A stretch of DNA of 64,000 nt, taken from NCBI RefSeq assembly GCF_004010195.1, contig NC_057755.1, forward strand, positions 10,785,497-10,849,496, read 5' to 3'. Below are positions 37,626 through 51,039 of this stretch, piece by piece. The position numbers were made by a program, and so were the translations under genes. Under the pieces are notes generated by a model. It did not search any database. It was not told the origin of the DNA and was given only the letters and a program-made list of their open reading frames with translations. Origin of the DNA: Chiloscyllium plagiosum. Lineage: Eukaryota. Each line of letters opens with the position of its first letter. Position 1 is the first letter of the stretch.

Positions 37626-38600
37626 CAATCAGTATAAACATAGTGCAAACACATGAATCTCTCCCTCAATGTCTTGCTGAAGTCTGTAAAGATCACGTTC
37701 ACCACTCTGCCCTCATCAATCCTCTTCGTTACTTCTTGAAAATACTGAATCAATACTGAGATATGATTTCCCAAGCACAAAGCCATGTTGACTATCCTGA
37801 GTCAGTCTGTGCCTTTCTATGTACAAGTAGTTCCTGTCCCTCAGGATTCCCTCCAACAACTTGTCCACCATTGATGTCAGGTTCACCGGTCTATAGTTCC
37901 CTGGCTTTTACTTACCTTTCTTAAATAGTGGCACCACAATAACCAAACTCCAGTTTTCCAGCACCTCGCCTATTGCGATCGATGATACAAATATCTCAGC
38001 AAGGGACCCAGCAATCACTTCCCTAGCTTCCCACAGAGTTCTAGAGTATATCTGACCTCATCCCGGGATTTATTTCCCTTTACATATTGTGAGACATCGT
38101 ACCCCTCCTCCTCTGTGATGTGGGCACTTCTCAAGATATCATTATTTATTTCTCCGAGTTCTCAAGCTTCCATATCTTTCTCCACAGTAAAAGTGAATGC
38201 AAAATGTTGTTTTATGTCTCACCAGCTCTTGACTTTCCACACAAAGGCAGACCTAATTGGTGCTCAATTCTCTCCCTACTTATTCCTTTGTCCTCACAGA
38301 ACCTCCTTGGATTCTCCTTAACATTGTTTTCCCAAACTATCTCACATCCCATTTTCGTCCGCCTGATTTCCATTTGATTATCTCCTGCTCTCCTTACACC
38401 CTTCTTGGGATTCACTTGATTGCTGTTGTCTATACCTGCCATATGCCTCCTCCTTCTTTTCTGAACAGAGCCTCAGCTTCTCCAGTCATCCAGCATCCCT
38501 TAAATCTAGCCGCCTTGCCCTTCGCACTAACAGGAACCTATTGTCTCTGGTCTATCATTATTTCGTTTTTGAAGGCTTCCCATTTTCCAGCCATCATTTA
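37626..38600 (-). mobile_element. CR1 ORF2 fragment
   Basis: Reverse strand gives NVVVPLFKK...PGNYRPVNLTS...SQHGF and KENPRRF motifs. Confidence 0.8.
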
Positions 38601-38614
38601 AAGTTTTGATTATA

Positions 38615-38922
38615 TTCCCTACAGTGTGGAAACAGGCCCTTCGGCCCAACAAGTCCACACCGACCCTCCGAAGAGCAACCCACCCAGACCCATTCCCCTG
38701 CATTTACACCTTCACCTAACACTATGGACAATTTAGCATGGCCAATTCACCTAACCTGCACATCTTTGGACTGTGGGAGGAAACCGGAGCACCCGGAGGA
38801 AACCCATGCAGACACAGGGTGAATGTGCAAACTCCACACAGACAGTCACCCGAGGCTGGAATCGAATCTGGGACCCTGGTGCTGTGTGGCTGCAGTGCTA
38901 ACTACTGAGCAACCGTGCCGCC
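38615..38922 (-). mobile_element. HE1-type SINE
   Basis: Well-preserved reverse-complement copy. Confidence 0.9.
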
Positions 38923-40499
38923 TTGTTAACCATTAATTCTCTCTAACACTTCCTTTAAATGAATGGTATGTTTTTCAACCCTTATCTAGTTCATCTTTTG
39001 AGTTGTTTTTTTTTCTCTCTCTCTTTCTTCCTCACTCCTTCTCTCCTACTGTTGCTGTGTCTGGTGTTAGATTTCCTCATGTGCTTCTGGTCATCGATGC
39101 TAATCTTCATTGCCCTTGGCAATGGTTTCCCTCCCTCTCCTTTCTCTCTGTGGTAATCCCCATGAATCAATCACTTTATTCCTGGTGTTGCGTTCTCCTT
39201 CAATAACTATCACCCTCAGGGATATCTTCTCTCCAGCTTGTGTGACCATTGACACCGTCAACATTTCTGTCTCCATTCTTGTTTTTTTTTTCCAAATCTC
39301 CTCCCTTTTCTCCTTCATAGCTGCCTTCCCTGAAACTTTCATACTTGCTATCGTCTCCTTTGCTTTGATCTTGGTATTCAGGTTAATCCTGCTTCATTGC
39401 TCTTTGCTATTATCCTCAGTCGTACTGCCTTTCTCTGGAGTTACATCCTGCACCTTTGGATCCTATCCGGGTCTTTCCCGTTTACATTGTCGCATGTGTT
39501 TCTGTTCACCTTTTCCAGGATGTTGCCTGGGCGGGAGACCCTCAGTTTTGAAGAGAGGTTGGACAGACTGGAATTGTTTTCCTTGGAGCTGAGGAGATTG
39601 AGAGGGGATGTGACTGAGATGTGAAAATTTCAAAGATGCACCAAAAGAGAGCGAGGCAAGAATCCCGTGAGGTGTGTCAATCTCCACACCAAGAAAGTTA
39701 CCAATAAATAATGAAGAACAGGTATTCAGAAGCAACTTGGAACCAGATCATGACAATGTGGTCAATGAATCAGAGGAAATGGGAGTGTTACTGAAACTAA
39801 CAGGGGTCAGCGCAAGAGAGAAACAGTCAGCCTGACAGATACCTCAGAAAGGAAAAGAAGATTTCATCACATCAAAGGCCGCACATAAATATTATAATCA
39901 AGGCAACAACAATGAACCAATTCTTGACATTATTTTGTGACAGGTCCCCAGGGATTGCCTGGTAGACATGCTATTGTCTTAAACAAAGTAGCAGGGAACA
40001 ATGTCGATATGTGAATGAACTTTCCAAGGTCATTTTAATGAGAAATTCATCGTCACACTGGGGGCTCCTGTGGCACAGCAGTAGTGTCCCTATCTCTGAG
40101 CTAGGCGATCTCTGTGTGAGTTCTACCAGGTCCAGAGAATATGCCATAATGTTCCTGATCAGTTGATTGAAAATTCCAAGGGAAAAGATTCAATGTTTTC
40201 TCTGATTTAAGGAAATCAGACATAGGTAAGAGCCAGAAATGATATGCAGCTTAGAGTAAGAGATCTCAAAGTAAAGGAGCCATTAGGAGGTAGTCACCAT
40301 AATATAAGTTTTAATCAGCACTTTGAGAGGGAGAAAGGAGAATCGGAAGTGTCAATATTGCAGTTGAACAAAGGGAACTAAGGGGCTATGAGGGAGGAGC
40401 TGGCCAAAGTTCAATGGTTCAATACCTTAGAAGGATGGCAGTGGAATAACAATGAGAGCTGTTTCTAGAATATGTGCAGAGTCAGTGCATAAGAAATAA

Positions 40500-43400
40500 A
40501 CTCACCAGCACCTTTAAATGTTTCTGTTAACAGAGAAATTCATTGTGTACTTGCAAAAGTTGCATTTTTTTTTTCGTTATTTTTGCAGTGTTCTGAGGTT
40601 AAAATGTGACCTGGACACAGCGATATATTTCTCAGTCAGGACTTTCACATTTATTTCAGTTGCAGAACCCACAGATAAAGGTTCAGCTGTTTCTTACTTT
40701 GATTGCAACCCTCCACACCTCTGTGACCTGATACCTCAGCAAAGCAGAATGAGGGGGGAATAGGCTGAAATGGTGCCATGATCCAGGAGGTCACTGACAG
40801 AGTGCAGGGAATCCTCAAGGGTGAAGGTGAAGAACCAGAGGTGCTGGTGCATGTCAGCACAAATGATATCTGGATGAAGAGGAGGGACATTCTACAGCGG
40901 GACTTCAGAGATCTCAGAAGGAGGCTAAAAGCCAGGACTTCCAGTGTGGTTATCTCCGGTTTGCTTCCAGTTCCTCAGGCTGGAGAGGGCAAGAACTGGG
41001 AAATAATAGACTTGAATGTGTGGCTGAGGAACTGGTGCAGGAAGCAAGGATTTAAATTCTTGGATCACTGGGGTATGTTTTGCGGTAATGATAAATTATA
41101 CAAGAGGGACGGGTTGTGCCTTAATAGGTGGGGGACCAGCATTCGGGCAGGTAGGTTTGCACTGCAATACAGATGCATTTAAACTAAGGTAAGAGAAGTT
41201 AAGAAAGACAACAAAATCATTGGAGCAGAAAACTCAAGAAGGGATCTTACAGTATGGTCAAGTGAAATAGGGATTGATAGGAAGGGTGAGGGGAGTAACA
41301 AATTAAGAATATTATGCATGAATGCACGAAGCATACAAAATAAGGTGGATGAGCTTGAGGTTCAGTTGGAAACTGGCAGGTACGATGTTGTGGGGATAAC
41401 TGAGATGTGGCTTCAAGTTGACAGGGCCTGGGAAATGAATATTCAAGGCTATACCTGCTATCACAAGGACAGACTGACGGGCAGAGGGGGTGGGGTGGCC
41501 CTGTTGGTGAGGAATGATATGTGCGGGGGGACCTAGAATCTGGGGATGTAGAGTCAGTATGGATAAAGCTGAGGAATTCTAAGGGTAGAAAAACCCTAAT
41601 GGGAGTTATCTACAGGCCCCCAAACAGTATGTTGAGTGTAAGATGAATAAGGAGTTGAAATTGGCCTGTCTCAAAGGTATTACTACAATTGTTATGGGGG
41701 ATTTCGACGTGCAGGTAGACTGGGAGAATCAGGATGGTACTGGACCGTAAGAAAGAGAGTTTGTGGAGCACCTCTGAAATGGATTCTTAGAACAACTTTT
41801 ACAGGAGCCTGCCATGGAGAAGGCAGTCCTGGATTTGGTGTTGGGCAATTAACCAGATTTGATCAGGCACCTCGAAGTAAAGCAACCATTAAGAGGTAGT
41901 GACCATAATATTATAAGTTTTAATCTGCAATTTGAGAGGGAGGAGGGAGAATCTGAAGTGTCAGTATTGCAGTTGAACAAAGGGAACTATGGAGCTATGA
42001 GGGAAAAGCTGGCCAAATTTCAGTGGTTCAATGCCCAAGCAGGGATGGCAGTGAAACAACAATAGATATAATGCAAAAGGTGCAGGATCAGTTCATTCCA
42101 AAAGGAAGAAAGAGCCTAACGGGAGGCAGGGACAGCCTGACGAAGGAAGTTAAAGACTGCATAAAGATAAAAGAAAAGAAGTATAGCATAGCAAAGATGA
42201 GTGGGAAGCCAGAGGACTGGGAAACTTTTAAACAGCAACAGAGAATAATGAAAAAGGCAATACACAGAGAAAGAAAATGAGATACAAAGGCAAACTGGCC
42301 AAAAATATGAAGGAAAATGATAAAAGCTTTTTTAGTTACGTGAAAAGAAAAAAACAAACTGGTTAAAAGTAAAATTGGGCCCTTGAAGACAGAAATGGGT
42401 GATTTTTTTATTATGGGGAACGAGGAAATGGCAGAAGAGTTGAATAGGTACTTTGGATCTTCACTGGGGAAGACACAAGCAATCTCCCAGCTGTAATAGG
42501 AGATTACAGCAAGGACTGAGGGTAATGGATGAACTGAAGGGAATTTATATTAGGCAGGAAATGGTGTTGGATAGACTGTTAGGTCTGAAGGCTGATAAGT
42601 CCCTGGGACCTGATGGTCTGCATCCCAGGGTACTTAACGAAGTGGCTCGAGAAATTGTGGACACATTGGTAATCATTTTCCAATATTCTATAGATTCATG
42701 ATCAGTTCTAGCGGATTGGAGGGTGACTAATGTTGTCCCACTTTTCAAGAAAGGAGGGAGAAAGAAAACAGGGAACTATAGACTGGTTAGCCTGACGTTA
42801 GTGGTGAGAAAGACACTTGAGTCAGTTATAAAAGATGAAATTATGCCTCAATTGGAAGGCGATAACATGATAGGTCAGAGTCAGCATGGATTTAGAAAGG
42901 GGAAATCATATTTGACTAATCTTCTGGAAGTTTTTGAGGATGTAACTATGAAGATGGACAAGTGTGAGCCAGTGGATTTAATGTATCTGGACTTTCAGAA
43001 AGCCTTTGATCAAGTCTCACATAGGAGATTAGGGCACATAGTACTGGGGGAAAATACTGACTTGGATTGAAAATTGGCTGGCTGATAGGAAGCAAAAAGT
43101 AGTGATAAACAGGTCCCTTTTGGAATGGCAGGTGGTGACCAGTGGGGTACCACAAGGTTTGGTACTGGGGCAGCAGCTGTTTACAATATACATTAATGAT
43201 ATAGATGAAGGCATTAAAAGTAATATTAGCAAATTTGCTGGTGACACGAAGTTGGATGGCAGGGTGAAATGTGAGGAGAATGTTATGAGAATACAGGGTG
43301 ACTTGGACAGGCTAGGTGAGTGGATGGATGCATGGCAGATGCAGTTTAATGTGGATAAATGTGTGGTTATCCACTTTGGTGGCAAGAACAGGAAGTCAGA

Positions 43401-44165
43401 TCATTATCTAAATGGAGTCAAGTTAGGTAAAGAGGAAGTACAACGAGATCTGGGTGTTCTTGTACATCAGTCAATGAAAGCAAGCATGCAGGTACAGCAG
43501 GCAGTGAAGAAAGCTAATAGCATGCTGGCCTTCATAACAAGAGGAATTGAGTATAGAAGCAAAGAGGTCCTTCTGCAGCTGTACAGGGTCCTGGTGAGAC
43601 AGTACCTGGAGTGTCGTGTGCAGTTTTGGTCTCCACATTTGAGGAAAGACATTCTGGCTATTGAGGGAGTGAAGTGTAGGTTCACGAGGTCAATTCCTGG
43701 AATGGCAGGACTAGCATATGTTGAAAGATTGGAGCGACGGGCTTTATACACTTGAGTTTAGAAGGATGAGCGGGGATCTGATTGAGAGGTAGAAGATTAT
43801 TAAAGGATCGGACACTCTGGAGGCAGGAAGCATGTTTCCACTGATGGGTGAGTCCTGAACCAGAGGACACGGTTTAAAAATAAGTGGTAGATCATTTAGT
43901 ACAGAGTTGAGGGGAAACTTCTTCATCCAGAGAGTAATGGATATATGGAATGCTCTGTCCCATGAGGCAATAGAGACCAAGTCTCTGGATACTTTCAGGA
44001 AAGAGATGGATAGAACTCTTAAAGATAGTGGAATCAAATGTTATGGGGATAAGGCAGGAACAGTATACTGACTATGGACGATCAGCCATGATCATAATGA
44101 ATGGTGGTGCTAGCTCGACGGGCCGAATGGCGTACTACTGCACCTACTGTCGATTGTCTATTGAA
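40500..44165 (+). mobile_element. Near full-length CR1 LINE (ORF1 SGNH-esterase-like; ORF2 AP endonuclease + RT), disrupted; preceded by a related ORF2 fragment at ~40255-40470
   Basis: VHVSTNDI...KRDGLCLN; MNARSIQNK...GITEMW...RGGGVA; GSDHN; GVPQG...FAGDTK; (ATTGTCT) tail. Confidence 0.95.
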
Positions 44166-44552
44166 ATATTAGGTAGAGATCAGTCAAACTGGTGGCGATA
44201 ATGTGAGTGAACAAATAATCCCGAATCCCAGGGGAATGTTCTGGGGACAGGGCTTCAAATCCCACCATGGCACGTGGTGAAAGTTAAATTCAATGAGAAG
44301 CTAGTTTAACAGGGACAATACATCCATCACCAAAGGCTAAAAAACTCATCTGGTTTGCTAATGGGAAGGATATTAATTGTCTTTACTTCGCTTAGCCGAC
44401 ACATGGTGCAGAAGAATCTTACTGCAGCTGTACAAAATGATATTAGCAGCACATCTGTGGCACGATGAGCAATTGTCTTCCCATTATCTTCACTGGAGGC
44501 AGTTTAGAGAAGCTTTGTTCAGTATGATCCCCAGTATGGGAGGGATTGAATA

Positions 44553-44715
44553 GTGTGGTGCTCGAAAAGCACAGCTGGTCAGGCAGCATCTGCCGGGCAG
44601 GAGAGTCAATGTTTCGAACATGAGCTTTTTATCAGGAAGCTCTTCATCAGGTTGTGCCTTTCCAGCATCATACTTTTCGACCATGATCTCCAGCATCTGC
44701 AGTCCTCACTTTCTC
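44553..44715. mobile_element. Palindromic Penelope-derived element (others at ~4700-4865, 25728-25835, 27120-27270, 56530-56655, 58165-58378, 62115-62330, 62460-62625)
   Basis: Shared ccagcatctgcag / cagcaggtcaggcagcatc motifs and GAAACGT-type hammerhead remnants. Confidence 0.65.
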
Positions 44716-45257
44716 CTGGTATGGGATGTGCGTGTATTGAGCGAAGGCTAAACAGATAGGGACTCTATTCACTGGAGTTTAGAAGCATGAGAAGTGATCT
44801 CATTGAACTATCAAGGATTCATCAGAGACTTGGCAGGATAAATGCTGAGGGGACGCTTTGCCTTATGGGAGAGTCGAAAATTGGACGATATTATCTCAGA
44901 ATAAAGGAGGGGCAATTTAAGACAGAAGTGGAGGGAAATTACTTCTCTCAGTGTTGTGAGTCTTCAGAACTCCTTGCTAAAGAGATATGTTGGGACAGGG
45001 TCCTTGTGTATATGTAAGGGTGGGATAGACTTTTGACCAGTTGGGAAATTAAGGCTTATCGGGAAGGATCAGAAAAGTGGGCATGAGGAGTGGTGGTTCA
45101 GCCAAGATCCCATTGAATGGTGGAGCAAGATCAAGGAATCAAACAATCTACTTCTGTTCCTATTTGTATGGTTGTTTGGTCTCATACATGTGTCTCTAGA
45201 CCCACAGCAATGTGGTTGAAACTTAGCCTGCTGGGGGCAATAAGAGATGGGCAAGGG

Positions 45258-45585
45258 AGGCATGGTGGCTCATTGGTTAGCCCTGCTGCCTCACAGTGCC
45301 AGGGACCATGGCTTGATTCCACCCTCACACGACTGTCTATGTGAAGTTTGTGTATCTCGTCCATGGTTTACTCTGGGTGTTCCAGCTTCCTCCCACAGAC
45401 CAAAAATATGCAAGTTCGAAGCATTAACCAAATAAAATTGCCCACAGTGTCCAGTGATGTGCAGGATAGGCATGGAAAATAGCCATGGAAAATACAGGGA
45501 TAGCCTCAGGGGTGTGATACCCTTCAGAGGGTCAGGGTGGACCCGAAGGGCCAAATGACCTGTTTACACACTGTAGGGATTCTGT
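45258..45585 (+). mobile_element. HE1-type SINE (diverged)
   Basis: tRNA head and family core. Confidence 0.75.
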
Positions 45586-45683
45586 AATAAGTACTGGCCT
45601 CCCCAGTGACTCCTGCATCCCATGTATTAATTAAAAAGACAAATCGTGATTCTGATTGTTTGGCTGTTTTTCCTTCCTCACAG

Positions 45684-46588
45684 TGTACCGACTGACAATT
45701 GGTGTCTAGTCTTGGGAAAGGTGCAGTCTCTCTAAAGGTATAAATCCCTATCTGGTGCCAATGACTACAGCAGATCTCATGGTGATTATCTGCAACGCAA
45801 TATTTTATTGTGTGTCTGCATTTTATTGGCGGGCCATCTTCCTGCACACTTCAGTGTGCAAATTTGTTTTCCATTTCTCCCATAAGTGTTGACTGCTCTG
45901 TCTGGTTTACTGTCGTTTTCAACTAATCGCTTTTGTAGTTATTTGCTGCCGGTATCTGAAAACAAACTGTTGCACTGGGAAGACAGCTGGTGTTGTTGGC
46001 ATGACCTTGACTATGTTTTCTGCACCCCATGGCCCTTTGTGTACAGATCTATCCTGTCACTCACAATACACAATGCGGGTGTCATGTACCATCAAACCTT
46101 AATGTCGCAGGTGCATGGTAAACATTTTCTTTGCTTGTGCAACTGATGTCTCCAGTGATTCAATTTCTCCTGGTTTTATTTCTGAATATTTTCACTGGTA
46201 GATGTATTTCAGTTAATAGCCAGGCTCGGAGGAGAACTCTGGGATCAGAATTACAGCAAGAAAGACAAACATCCTGAGCTCCAAAACCATGGAAAGTCGA
46301 TAGTTTTAATTTTTACAATATCCTGCAGTTTCATTCTACCTTGGATGGCCTCAGTTATCTATTTCATGTATTATAGATTTTCCGGCGCATTTAAGTGCAA
46401 ATCAATATTTAACCCCTTTCCAGTAATTCAGAAAGCTGGAGGTATGCTTCAGTTCCTGAGCTCCTGCACCAACATGGTCATTTATACAGCAAACCCAGAG
46501 AATGTTCAGGCAGCAGTTGCTTGATTTCATCAAATCTCCTTTTAATCTGATCGAAAATTGTACTGACCAAGTAAAACGGCAGAACTGA
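45684..46588 (+). pseudogene. GPR139-like pseudogene exon 2 (exon 1 not located)
   Basis: ctcacAG acceptor then ...CSLSKGINPYLVPMTTADLMVII...DCSVWFTV...ICCRYLKTNCCTGKTA...KSIVLIFTISCSFILPW...GGMLQFLSSCTNMVIY...FRQQL, with stops and frameshifts. Confidence 0.85.
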
Positions 46589-47517
46589 AGGCAATTACTG
46601 CCCAGCTCAGTGCCACAGTTCAGAGGGAAACCAAACTTTGAGGGAGATTGTGGCACATGGGTATGTCCCGACCTCTAATCCAGAAGGCCCAGGATCATGT
46701 CACAGTGACTTCTGGGAAGGGTGATGGCATCTTTCAACAGAATGTCTCTCCAAACTAAACTAAGCAAAGATGTTCTGCGAAATACCAAATTATATCGTTC
46801 CTTCCAATTGCTTTGCCATTAAAACTTAGACCGAAATCATTCTGTGAAAGAAAATTCATCAAAATGAACAGACGTAAGTGCTTCATCATATTTTGGAAAT
46901 ATGTTGCTTCGCAAATAGTTTTTTTTTCTTCACAATGGAAGCATAAGTGTAATTGTGCGGAGGAAATAGCAACAAATGTCCCACAGATAGACCGATTTCA
47001 CAACACTGGACTGGTAAACATTCTCTGTAGCTTCATTAGGAATGGGAAGTGTTTTTGTTTTGTCCAATGTAACAAATATTACACATTCTCGCATTTTGAT
47101 TGAGTCACCTAACAGTGCAAATGCTCAAATGAGGATGGTCAGTTAATTTACAATAATCTCTGAAATGTCCCGAATGAATTGCCTACATAATGTACTTAAG
47201 GATACTTTGTGGAAACTGCATGTTTTGTGGAAATATTAAAAATGCCTCCGTATCTCTGTCTCTGTATGTGACAGAGCATGAGGCAAGTGTTTGTTTCTCA
47301 ATCGCTGTCCTGATCCTTTAGCTCCAGTGATCAAAGCAGTCATCCCGTGACCCTTGGGGAAGGGGCTGGAATATTGAGAGTGAAGGAGTGTGAGAGATCA
47401 TTGGGAAAGCTGGGACCATCTGGAATAGTGAAGATAAACTCGGAAACACTGGTCTCTCCATGTTTTTCCCTGTGACGCCTGGCTCTATGTCTACATTTCC
47501 ACTGATATCTATCTGCT

Positions 47518-47885
47518 TGTGTGTGCATGCGTGTGTGTGCGCGCGCGTGTGTGCATGTGCATGCGTGTATGTGTGTGTGTATGTGCTTGTGTGTATGTGT
47601 GTGTGTATTGAGTGTGTGTATGTGTGTGCATGTATGTGTGTATTGAATGTGTAAGTGTGCATATGTGTGTGTGCATGTGTGTGCGGGTGTGCGTGTATGT
47701 GTGTGCGTGTATGTATGTGTATGAGTGTGGGCGCGCATGTGTGTGTCATGTGCATGCGTGTATGTGTGTGTGTATGTGCTTGTGTGTATGTGTGTGTGTA
47801 TTGAGTGTGTGTATGTGTGTGCATGTATGTGTGTATATGTGTGTCTGTTTGTGCGTGTGTATGCGTGTGCTTGTGTGTTTGTGTG
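47518..47885. repeat. Compound (TG)n/(TGCA)/(TGTA) microsatellite with an internal ~85-bp duplicated block
   Basis: Alternating purine-pyrimidine tract; 47555-47643 recurs at ~47749-47836. Confidence 0.95.
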
Positions 47886-47889
47886 CATC

Positions 47890-48030
47890 TCCACATTACA
47901 GAGCAATGGTTGTTGCGTTGTTTATTTACAGTGCAATGGTTGATACATTGTCCATATTACAGAGCATTGATGCGTTGTCATTACAGAGCGGTGGTTGATA
48001 CATCCTCCATGTTACACAGCAGTGTTATTG
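47890..48030. repeat. Degenerate ~30-bp minisatellite (ccatattacagagcaatggttgatacattgt)
   Basis: About five diverged tandem units. Confidence 0.7.
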
Positions 48031-50231
48031 CTTCCAACATCACATTAGAAGTGGGCTATTCACAGATTAGTGCATCGTGTTCAGCTCCATTTGCAAACCC
48101 TCAAATACTGCTGCAGTTCCTGCCTGTGGGCACCATTACCGGGCCAACAATCAGGCTTGGGCTGATAACTGGCAAATAACATTGAGGTCAGAGAAGTGGC
48201 AGGTAGTGACCATCTCCAACAGCCATTGCCTCTTGATATTCACTACATTACCATCACTGAATCCCCCATAATCAACATTCTATGGATTACAATAGACCAG
48301 AAACCGAACTATGTGAGCCAAACAAATACCGTGGCTACAAGAGCACATGGCAGCTTACCACCACCCCCTCAAGGTGGGCAACTAGGAGCAGGCAATAGAT
48401 ATTAGTTCAGCAAGCAATGGCCACACGTGAATAAAATAAATCATTGGAGAGCGTCTGGAATATGTCTGTGAGAATGATAAATACATTAGACAGAGCCTGG
48501 GCATACTCCTCCAAGTGAGAGATTTATTTCAACCAACCAGAAACATACAACATTTGACTGGCTCTTCTTAATTTTAACTAGTCCATAATATTTGTTTGCT
48601 GGGTTTAGCTCCTAGTTATTTGGCATCCTATCAACAAATTTATATACTGATTCATCTACTTTAATAACCAAAAAAATTCAACAGTATATGCAAGTTTATA
48701 CAAAAATATAATTTATTGTGTACTTCATCATTCTACAATCTTTAACAAATTCAGTTTATTCCATCAATATTTCTCTGTTCTCACAGTTTACTATAGTGCA
48801 AAGCCATCCCTGTTTGAGAATTTCCAACAACTCATTCAAGCAATTACTTCTTTTTCGTAAATCAATCCAATAGCTGAACACTTGTGTCAAACAATTTTAA
48901 TTTTGAAGTGTCTACTTTATATGCAAGAGATCAACCCTCAAACTCTTAACCACACCTCTCTTTGTCAAGCTGAGATTGACCAGAGTAAAAGGTAATGAAT
49001 ATAACGTTCTTTCTCTTTTTTTCCAGATCGCCACCTTATATAGAAGTTCCTTTGAAAACTGAGGACCTTAATCTCCCCAGGCCCTGAGAAGTTGTACTAG
49101 CCATAATAATGGATGTTCAGGATGTCAGTAGAATGGGGTAGGAGGGGCAGGTGGACACTGTGAAATATACAGGGCCCTCTGCATTGTCCCCATCAAATGC
49201 TCCCAACACAGGAACATCATGGGATTTTCTTAATCATTGATGGGAGGTTTGCTTTGCTGGCTAGGACAACAGTTATTGCCTATCCATGATTGTCCTTAAG
49301 CCACCACCTTGAACCATTTTGTGATGGCAGACCCACAAGGTCATTGAAGATGTAGTTCAAGGGATTTGACCCAGTGACACTAAAGTAACAGCAATATATT
49401 TCTAACTCAGGATGGTGAGTGACTTGGAGATGAACTTGCAAGTGATGGTTTTCCCATTGTCCTTCCAGATGGAAGTGGTCTTGGATTTGAAAGTCATTGT
49501 GTAAGAATTCTTGGTGATTTTCTGAAGTACATCGTGAGTATGTTGCCACTGACAGTCAGTGGGAGAGGGACTGCACGTTTGTGGATCTGGTGCCAATTAA
49601 ATGGACTGTTTTATCCTGGATGGTGTTAAACTTCCTCAGTGTCGATGAGGTTGCACGCATCCAGACAACAAGTTACCTTGAGATCATTACTGCTTATTGT
49701 TGACACTTGTACTTTGAAGATACTTCTCATACCTCATGATAACTCGTCCTGTGAATTCTGAGGAACTATGTTTACTTCAGCTGTTGTCCCTTCACTATCC
49801 ATAGCCAGTTAAGTCTTATGTTCTTAATCCCCTGTGTTATATCAAATTGTTGGTTTCCCTTTAATGTTTTCTAAAGCCGATATGTTTATCAACATGATTA
49901 ATTGCATCTTTGACTGTAATGCTATCCTCAACTTCATTCACTGATTATTCTTTCTTGAAAGTTTATTTTTAAATGGAATATAGTTTTGGGCATTTTGAAT
50001 CACTGATTCAAATATTTAGCACTTGTCCATTAGTTGCTTGAACTTTTCATTCATTTATTCAATCAACCTTAGCCAATTTTCCTGTCATGCTAATGCATTT
50101 ACTTTTGATTCAGTTACAAGTTTGTACTGGTAACTGGAGTGTGCCACTCCTCAGACAGTTGTAATATATTACGTGGTTCGTTTTCAATGACATACTAATT
50201 AACCCAGCCTATGAGCACAAAGCATTCCACA

Positions 50232-50510
50232 AGGTGGCACTGTGGCTCAGTTATCAGCACTGCTGCCTCACGCGACCCGGGTTCAATTCCTACCTCGGCG
50301 ACCATCTGTGTCGAGTTTGCACATTCTCCCCGTGTCTGCGTGGGTTTCCCCTGGTGCTCTGGTTTCCTCCCACAGTCTAAAAGATGCGCAGGTTAGGTGA
50401 ATTGGCCATGCTAAATTGTCCGTAGTGTTAAGTGCATTAGTCAGGGGTGAATGTAGGGGAATGGGTTTGGGTGGGTTATTCTTTGCAGGGTCGGTGTGGA
50501 CTTGTTGGGC
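50232..50510 (+). mobile_element. HE1-type SINE
   Basis: Family head and core. Confidence 0.85.
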
Positions 50511-51039
50511 AAATTGTTGGGCAACAATTCTGGAGAGAATACCGTGAGGGTTTCCATTTCTCTATCGCTACTTATTATAACATGTCAGGGGGAAACTCAT
50601 TGGGTACAGGAGGTGTTCAGACTTTAATCCCATTAATTGTTCCTCTACTTTCTCTTCCTTTAATGATAGTTGTTTTACTGGTCCTCCTCCTCAATTTTTT
50701 TTCAATGTTGCACAGTGAAGACTGAAGCAGAAGTAATGAATTGTTAAGTAGATTCATTGCAATGCAGTCATTAATTTTCAATAAATATATACGCAATTGC
50801 AGGAATATAAATAGTCTTCAATTCAATTTCTTTAAGATTTTTCGTTACAAATAGAGAATGAATTCAGGAAAAGAAAAACATTTGAACGAGAGTCAATTTC
50901 ACATGTTTATACTACATAAGCACTTTTCCAAGGTTCCATATTTTACAAACAGGACACACAGTCTGGTGGGGACAACATGAAATACACTTGCCGCTGCCAC
51001 AATGCAGCCCAATGCTCCCTGACTCTGTTGCGTGTTGGC

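Noticed and set aside
38940..39910. Hydrophobic 160-aa ORF (39110-39592) and Lys/Glu-rich opposite strand
   Set aside because: Low-complexity pyrimidine-rich strand running into a CR1 fragment; possibly an L1/Tx1 ORF1 remnant but not supportable by eye
47318..48179. His/Thr-rich and Cys/Val-rich ORFs up to 192 aa
   Set aside because: Translations of the (TG)n microsatellite
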